This document shows positions 58,114 to 64,000 of a stretch of 64,000 nt of DNA, piece after piece. The number at the start of each line of letters is the position of its first letter. Position 1 is the stretch's first letter. This DNA comes from an uncultured Candidatus Rokubacteria bacterium (GTDB lineage: Bacteria > Methylomirabilota > Methylomirabilia > Rokubacteriales > CSP1-6), in NCBI GenBank assembly GCA_963841755.1, contig CAWJDX010000009.1, positions 10,880 through 74,879 on the forward strand, given 5' to 3'. The translations under genes were made by a program, and so were the position numbers. The notes beneath the pieces were generated by a model that did no database searches, had not been told where the DNA came from, and saw only the letters and a list, made by a program, of their open reading frames with translations.

Positions 58114-58990
58114 ATGCTGACCCGCGTCGACCACGTGATGATCTGCGTGCCCGATCTGGCGCGCGGGATCGACGCCTACCAGCGGCTCGGGTTCAACATC
58201 TACCCGGGCGGCGCCCACACCGGCCGGGCCACCCACAACGCGATCGCCTTCACCGGCGAGGAGTACATCGAGGTGCTGAGCATCCGCGACCGGAGCGCGG
58301 TGGCGCCCGGCACCGCGGACGAGGGGCTCGCGCGCTACCTGGACGAGGGCGGCGGGTTCCGCGTCATCGCGGTGCAGAGCGACGACCTCGAGGCGGACGT
58401 GGCGGCCATGCGCCGGCGCGGGGTGGACGTGGGGGAGATCCGCGACGGGGGTCGGCGCACCCCGGCGGGGCAGGAGCTGCGCTGGCGCGCCGCGTTCCCC
58501 GGGCCCACCGTCCCGCTGCCCATCTTCTTCATCCAGCACCTGACGCCGCTCGAGGAGCGCCGGCGGCAGGTCGCCAAGGCGGGCGACCATCCGAACGGGG
58601 CGCTGCGGGTCGATCGCGTCTACATCACGGTGCCCGACGTGGTCGCGCACCTCCCGGCTCTGCTCCCGCGTGCTCGGGCTGCCGGAGGCGACGATCCAGC
58701 GCGGCGCGGTCATCAAGGCGGACATGGCGGTGTTCAACCTGGGGCCGACCGGGCTCACGGTGGCCCAGCCCGCCGAGCCCGGTCCCGCCGCGGAAGCGCT
58801 CGCCCGGCGCGGGCCGGGCCCGTTCCAGGTGCTCTACCGCACGACCAGCATGGACGCGGCGGTGCGGTGGATGATCGGCCACGGGCTGCCGGAGCCGATC
58901 CAGGGCGTGCGCAACACCGGCGAGCGCGCCATCCTGGTGGGACCGGAGCACACCGGCGGCGCGTACGTCGGCTTCGTCGGCCCCGCCTAG
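58114..58990 (+). CDS. VOC/glyoxalase-like protein (Glyoxalase_3 type, two domains); frameshift near 58660
   Basis: VDHVMI, GGAH..THNA, YIE, GGRRTP.G..LRW and PIFFIQH. Confidence 0.82.
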
Positions 58991-59832
58991 TCGTCCTTCC
59001 GCTCGCGCTCCCGGTAGTCGCCGAAGGCGGCGTCGCGCTGGCTCAGGAGATCGCGCACGCTGCTGCCGTCGCGCTTGAACTGGGCGCGGTAGGCCTGGCT
59101 CGCCGCGGTCGAGAACGCCAGCGCCTGCAGCTCGGTGCCGGCCCGGATGGCCGCGCGCAGCCCCATCACCTCCATCGCCCGGTGGACCGCCCGCTTGTTG
59201 ATCTGGGCGAGCTCGGTGGGCACCAGCGCGATGCGCTCGGCCACCGTCAGCACCGTCTTCTCGAGCTCTGCCGCGGGCACCGCCCGGTTGGCGAAGCCCT
59301 TGGCCGCCGCCTCGGTGCCGCTGATCGCGTCGCCGGTGAGGTACATCTCCATCGCGGTGCGCATGCCCATCAGGAACGGGTGGAACTGGTTGTCGGGCGG
59401 GCTCATGAGCCGGGTCGGCGGGTAGCCGATCCGCGCGTCCTCCGCCACGTAGACCAGGTCGCAGCACGCGGCCAGCTCGCTGCCGCCGGCCAGGCAGTAG
59501 CCGTGCACCTGCGCGATGACCGGCTTGGCCAGGTCCCAGATCGTGAACCAGCCCTCCACCACGTGGCGGGCCCACTGGCCGGGGCCGCCCGGGGAGTAGA
59601 AGGGCTGGTCCTTGGTGTTGTCGGCGGAGAGATCGTAGCCGGACGAGAAGCACGGTCCCGCCCCGCGCAGGACGGAGACCTTGACCGTCGCGTCCGCGTC
59701 CGCCGCCCTCAGCGCGGCGAGGATGGCGCCGCGCAGCTCGTTGCTGAGCGCGTTGCGCTTCTCCGGGCGGTTCAGGGTGAGGCGGCGGACTCCGGGGAGC
59801 GGATCGTCGAGCACGAGCACGGGGGTGGCCAT
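58987..59832 (-). CDS. Enoyl-CoA hydratase/isomerase family protein
   Basis: LNRPEKRNAL, FSSGYDL and VHGYCLAGGSEL..CD. Confidence 0.9.
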   Translation of the reverse strand: MATPVLVLDDPLPGVRRLTLNRPEKRNALSNELRGAILAALRAADADATVKVSVLRGAGPCFSSGYDLSADNTKDQPFYSPGGPGQWARHVVEGWFTIWDLAKPVIAQVHGYCLAGGSELAACCDLVYVAEDARIGYPPTRLMSPPDNQFHPFLMGMRTAMEMYLTGDAISGTEAAAKGFANRAVPAAELEKTVLTVAERIALVPTELAQINKRAVHRAMEVMGLRAAIRAGTELQALAFSTAASQAYRAQFKRDGSSVRDLLSQRDAAFGDYRERERKDD

Positions 59833-59895
59833 GGAGCCGAGCATGCCCCAGGCGGCGCGGCGGGCGCAACGCCCGGGGTCGAGCTCGCGCCCGGC

Positions 59896-60945
59896 TCAGG
59901 CGAGCTGGGCGCGGACCGCGCGGGCGCCGTCGACGAGCGCGCGGAGCTTGCCGAACGCGGTGTCGCGCGGCAGGTACTTCATCCCGCAGTCCGGCGCGAG
60001 GACGAGGCGGTCCGGGGTCACGCGGGCGAGGCCGGCCCGGATGCGCGCGGTGACCTGGTCCATCGTCTCGACGGCGGGGTCGGCGAGATCGATCACCCCC
60101 AGGATGATGGTCTTGCCCGCGAGATCGGCGAGCACGCCCAGGTCGAGCCGGGGCTGCGCGGCCTCGATCGAGATCTGCTGCGCGGTGGTGGCGGCGAGCT
60201 GCGGCAGGAACGAGTAGCCGGTCGGCTTCTGGTGGCGCACCACCGCCGCGTAGCCGAAGCAGAGGTGGAGCGCGGTCGGGACGGTGAGGCCCTCGAGCGC
60301 CCGGTTGATCGCGGGCACCGCGTAGCGCTTGGCGCCCTCCGGGTCGTTGCGCAGCCACGGCTCGTCGAGCTGGATGAGATCGGCGCCCGCCGCCTGGAGG
60401 TCGCGCGCCTCCTCGTTCACCGCCGCGGCCAGGTCCATCGCGAGCGCTTCCATGTCCTCGTAGAACTCGTTCTTGGCCTGCTGGGCCATGGTGAACGGGC
60501 CGGGCAGGGTGATCTTGGCCGGCCGGTCGGTGTGGCGGCGGAGGAACTGCATGTCGCGCAGCTCCACCGGCCGCATCCGCCGCACCCGCCCGACCACCCG
60601 CGGCACGTGGGTCTGGTTGCCGTAGCGGTCGGTGATCACCCCGGGCGACTCGACGTCCACGCCGTCGAGCGCGGTGGCGAAGCGATTCGAGTAGCTCTCG
60701 CGCCGGATCTCGCCGTCGCTGACGATGTCGATGCCGGCCCGCTCCATCTCGCGGATGGCCACGATGGTGGCGTCGTCCTGGGCCTGCTCGAGCCAGGGCT
60801 CGGGCACCCGCCAGATCTCGCGCTGCCGCACGCGGGGCACGCCCTTCGACAGCAGCGCGCGATCGACGAGCCAGTCGGGCTGCGGGTAGCTTCCGACCAC
60901 GGTGGTCGTGAGAACGGGGGTCGTCGTGAGGATGGGCTGGGCCAT
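59896..60945 (-). CDS. Cobalamin-independent methionine synthase II family (single-barrel 'core MetE'-like)
   Basis: VVGSYPQP, DGEIRR, QLDEP, HLC and E..PDCG zinc ligands. Confidence 0.85.
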   Translation of the reverse strand: MAQPILTTTPVLTTTVVGSYPQPDWLVDRALLSKGVPRVRQREIWRVPEPWLEQAQDDATIVAIREMERAGIDIVSDGEIRRESYSNRFATALDGVDVESPGVITDRYGNQTHVPRVVGRVRRMRPVELRDMQFLRRHTDRPAKITLPGPFTMAQQAKNEFYEDMEALAMDLAAAVNEEARDLQAAGADLIQLDEPWLRNDPEGAKRYAVPAINRALEGLTVPTALHLCFGYAAVVRHQKPTGYSFLPQLAATTAQQISIEAAQPRLDLGVLADLAGKTIILGVIDLADPAVETMDQVTARIRAGLARVTPDRLVLAPDCGMKYLPRDTAFGKLRALVDGARAVRAQLA

Positions 60946-60949
60946 GACG

Positions 60950-61709
60950 TCACGCTCCTTGGCGATACGCGGCGACCTTGCGCTCCAGGCCGCGAAGTAG
61001 GATCTCGTGCAGGCCGGTGATCAGGAGCACGAGGACGATGCCGGCGTAGACCCCGGGACTGTTCAGCAGGGTGCGATGGCGGGTGATCAGGAAGCCGAGG
61101 CCCTCGGCGGCGCCGAGCATCTGGGCCACGATCACGCCCACGATGACGAGCGCGCCGCCCAGGCGGAGCGCGGCCACGATGGAGGGCAGGCTCGCGGGCA
61201 GGGCCACGTAGAGGATCTGCTGGGCGCGGGTGGCGCCGAAGGCGCGCGCGGTCTCGGCGAGCGCGGGGCTGAGCGCGCCCACTCCCGCGACCGCGGTGAG
61301 CATGGTGGGGATGAAGGCGTAGATCGAGGCGAACGCGATCTTCGACTGCGAGCCCAGGCCGAACCACACCATCATGACCGGGTAGAGCACCACCAGCGGG
61401 ACCGCGTAGGCGGAGCGCAGCACCGGCAGGAGCATCCGCTGCGCGGTCGCGGAGGATCCGACGAGCTGGCCGGCCAGGATGCCGCCGCCGCAGACGATCA
61501 CGTAGGAGACGAGCGATCTCGCCGAAGGTGGTGGGCAGGCTGCCGAGGTACTCGCGATGGTCGGCCACGAGGGCCCCGAGCGCCTCGCTGAGCGGCGGCA
61601 CGAAGAGCCGCGGGACCAGGCCGGCGCGCGGCAGGATCTCCCAGGCGGCGAGGATCCCCAGGTAGAGGATGGCCTGGGCGAGGCGCAGGTGGCGCTCCGG
61701 CCAGGTCAC
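60950..61709 (-). CDS. ABC permease (NitT/TauT type); frameshift near 61515
   Basis: AVPLVVLYP..WFGLG..SKI and LPSIVAALRLG. Confidence 0.85.
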
Positions 61710-62479
61710 GCCCGCTCCGCGCTCTTGATGTGCTGCCAGATGCGGTCCTTGAGGGCGCCGAAGCGCTCGCTCGCGGTCATCGCGAAGCTGCGCGGGCGGG
61801 GCAGGTCGACGAGGACGTCGTCGACCACCCGCCCCGGCCGCGCGCTCAGCACCACCACGCGGTCGGCCAGGTAGACCGCCTCGTTCAGGCTGTGGGTCAC
61901 GAACAGGACCGTCTTGCGCGTCTCCGACCAGATGCGCAGCAGCTCGTCGCCCAGCACCATGCGGGTCTGCTCGTCGAGCGAGGCGAAGGGCTCGTCCATC
62001 AGGAGGACCGCCGGGTTCTGCACGAGCCCGCGGGCGATGGCCACGCGCTGCTTCATGCCGCCGGAGAGCTGGTGCGGGAGGCGGTCCTCGAACCCGGCGA
62101 GGCCGGTCAGCTCGAGCATGCGCCGGGCCGCGAGGAGCCGCTCCGCCTTCGCCACCCGCCGCAGCTTGAGCGGGAAGGCCACGTTGTCGACCGCGGAGAG
62201 CCAGGGCAGGAGGTTCGCCTCCTGGAAGATCATGCCCACCTTGCGCGGCATCGGGGCGGTGATCGGCTCGCCGTCGCAGAGCACGGTGCCGCTCGAGGGC
62301 AGCCGCAGGCCCGCCACCAGCGAGAGCAGGGTGGACTTGCCGCAGCCGCTCGGGCCGACCACCGCCACGAACTGGGCGTCGGGGATCTCGAGGCTGATCG
62401 ACTCGAGCGCGGCCACTCCTGATTCGCCGGCGCCGAAGCGCTGCGAGACCCCGCGGATGGCGACGAGGGCGCGGCTCAC
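61706..62479 (-). CDS. ABC ATPase (NitT/TauT type)
   Basis: [22 protein letters not shown] and VTHS. GTG at 62479 overlaps the upstream stop. Confidence 0.92.
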   Translation of the reverse strand: MSRALVAIRGVSQRFGAGESGVAALESISLEIPDAQFVAVVGPSGCGKSTLLSLVAGLRLPSSGTVLCDGEPITAPMPRKVGMIFQEANLLPWLSAVDNVAFPLKLRRVAKAERLLAARRMLELTGLAGFEDRLPHQLSGGMKQRVAIARGLVQNPAVLLMDEPFASLDEQTRMVLGDELLRIWSETRKTVLFVTHSLNEAVYLADRVVVLSARPGRVVDDVLVDLPRPRSFAMTASERFGALKDRIWQHIKSAERA

Positions 62480-63231
62480 GCGCGCTGCCGCCACGCGCCG
62501 AGCCGCGTCTCGACCGCGCGCAGCGCCTCGTTGACCGCCACCGCGGCGGCGGCCACGATCACGAGGGCGGCGTAGAGCTGCGGCATCTGGAGGTTCTCGC
62601 CCCACGCCGCGATGCGGTAGCCGATGCCGTCGCGCGCCCCGTAGATCTCGCACAGGAGCACCGCGGTGATGTTGAACACCATGCCGAGCCGCGCCGACTC
62701 GAGCAGGATCGGCGCCATCGCGGGCAGGTAGATCTCGCGGATGATCTGCCCGCGGGTCGCCCCGTAGACGCGGCTCACCGTGATCAGCTCGCGCGGCACC
62801 GACTGCACCGCCGCGATGCCGCCCATGATCAGCACGAAGACGGTGGTGAAGACGCCGAAGGCGATCTTCTGCGGGATGCTCACCCCGAACACCAGGATGA
62901 AGACGGGGAGGAAGATGGACTTGGGCACCCCGAAGAGGAAGTTGACGAGGGGCCGGAAGAGCGCGCCCAGGACCGGCACCTCGGCGAGCACGAAGCCCAG
63001 GAGCAGGCCGACCGGCAGCGCCACCAGGAAGGCGGCGAGCACCTCCCACGCGGTCACCCACAGGCTGGCGAGCACCTCCGGCCGCCCGGCCAGCCGGACG
63101 AGCGATTCGACCACCGTGCTCGGCGCGGGCGCGAGGCTCGCGTCGAGCCGGCCCGCCCGCACCAGCGCTTCCCAGAGCGCGAAGAGGCCGAGGACGGCGG
63201 CGGCGACGATCAGGCGCTCGTGCCGCCGCAT
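62476..63231 (-). CDS. ABC permease (NitT/TauT type)
   Basis: VPKSIFLP..FG..QKI and YLPAMAP..LESAR. Confidence 0.9.
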   Translation of the reverse strand: MRRHERLIVAAAVLGLFALWEALVRAGRLDASLAPAPSTVVESLVRLAGRPEVLASLWVTAWEVLAAFLVALPVGLLLGFVLAEVPVLGALFRPLVNFLFGVPKSIFLPVFILVFGVSIPQKIAFGVFTTVFVLIMGGIAAVQSVPRELITVSRVYGATRGQIIREIYLPAMAPILLESARLGMVFNITAVLLCEIYGARDGIGYRIAAWGENLQMPQLYAALVIVAAAAVAVNEALRAVETRLGAWRQRA

Positions 63232-63241
63232 GGGCGCGGCC

Positions 63242-64000
63242 CTACGGCTTGGTCGGCGTGATCGGCATGTTCATGAAGACCTCGGCGGCCGGCGCCATGT
63301 CCTTCACCCCGCTCGCGGCGGCCAGCTCCATCGCCTTCTCCACCGAGGCCAGCGTGATCTTGCCGTCGCGGGAGAGGCGCAGGAAGGTCTTCTCGTACTC
63401 CATCTTGGCGATCTCCATCGGCAGCTCGTTGTTGGCCGCGATGGTCTTGATCGCGTAGTCGGGGTTGTTGCGCAGGTACTCGAGCGCGCCGTAGAGCGCG
63501 TTCAGCCCCTTCTGGATGAACGGGCGCCGCTCGGTCAGGTTCTTCTCGGTGGCGGCCCAGCCGCCGATCAGGTTCGGGGGCATCGCGGTGGCGAAGTCCA
63601 TCAGCACCCGCACCTTGCCCTCCGAGACGACCTGGTAGCTGAGCGGGGAGTAGATCACCGCGGCGGCCAGGTTGTCGTTGAGCAGGTTGGGCACGAGGCC
63701 GCCGCCGCCCACCGGGACGCGCTGGAACGTCACCTTGTGCTCGCTCTGCCCCCACAGGGCGAGGGTGTCGGTGCCGGAGCCGGCCGAGGTGATGCCGACC
63801 TTCTTGCCGTCGAGCTCCTTGGCCGACTTGATCGGCGAGGCGGTCCGCACCCCGAGGATCCAGCCCGACCACTCGTCGCCGTTGCCGCCCACGATCTTGG
63901 TCAGCACGCCGCGCTTCCGGGAGGTCGCCACGAGCGGCACCGCGACCGGGCCCAGGTCGGCCGAGTTCGCCGCGATCGCCTCGAAGGTCTCGCCGCCGCC
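63242..64000 (-). CDS. ABC substrate-binding protein (SsuA/THI5-like), 5' partial
   Basis: LDGKKVGITSAGSGTD. The frame is open to the window end. Confidence 0.85.
   Translation of the reverse strand, partial: GGGETFEAIAANSADLGPVAVPLVATSRKRGVLTKIVGGNGDEWSGWILGVRTASPIKSAKELDGKKVGITSAGSGTDTLALWGQSEHKVTFQRVPVGGGGLVPNLLNDNLAAAVIYSPLSYQVVSEGKVRVLMDFATAMPPNLIGGWAATEKNLTERRPFIQKGLNALYGALEYLRNNPDYAIKTIAANNELPMEIAKMEYEKTFLRLSRDGKITLASVEKAMELAAASGVKDMAPAAEVFMNMPITPTKP

Noticed and set aside
5600-61550. Programmed ribosomal frameshifting or phase variation at the broken genes
   Set aside because: No slippery heptamers or long SSR tracts. The breaks are numerous and functionally random.
1-64000. Other TGA stops as Sec codons; Sec machinery, tRNA, rRNA or riboswitch in the window
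   Set aside because: The remaining TGA stops I checked end complete domains or overlap the next start. I recognised no selA/B/C/D or structured RNA gene by eye; a covariance-model search is needed to exclude them.

Overview
Very high-GC, gene-dense bacterial window with about 65 CDS, mostly catabolic enzymes and ABC transporter genes. I see no rRNA, tRNA, CRISPR array, phage gene or transposase. The many orphan solute-binding proteins, molybdo-enzymes and CMD proteins resemble soil lineages such as Candidatus Rokubacteria (inference only). About 25 single-base frameshifts, mostly in G/C runs, look like long-read consensus errors, so many long ORFs in the track are chimeras. Main result: two genes carry an in-frame TGA followed by a SECIS-like hairpin of the same architecture (7-bp stem starting AU, G-N-C loop). 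One is a CxxU AhpD/CMD protein (25811-26329). The other is an NrtA/CmpA-type ABC binding protein (LPVT-U, plus a Cys-Cys pair) heading a tightly coupled operon with permease, ATPase, SCO, PCuAC and a cupredoxin-like gene (44849-48964), a candidate selenocysteine-based copper or soft-metal import system. Other points: REP-like palindromes inserted in-frame into both linkers of a dehydrogenase E2, a second REP/MITE-like family (5 copies), AroA and Alr paralogs with altered catalytic residues, and a minimal half-PqiA/two-ring-MCE system.
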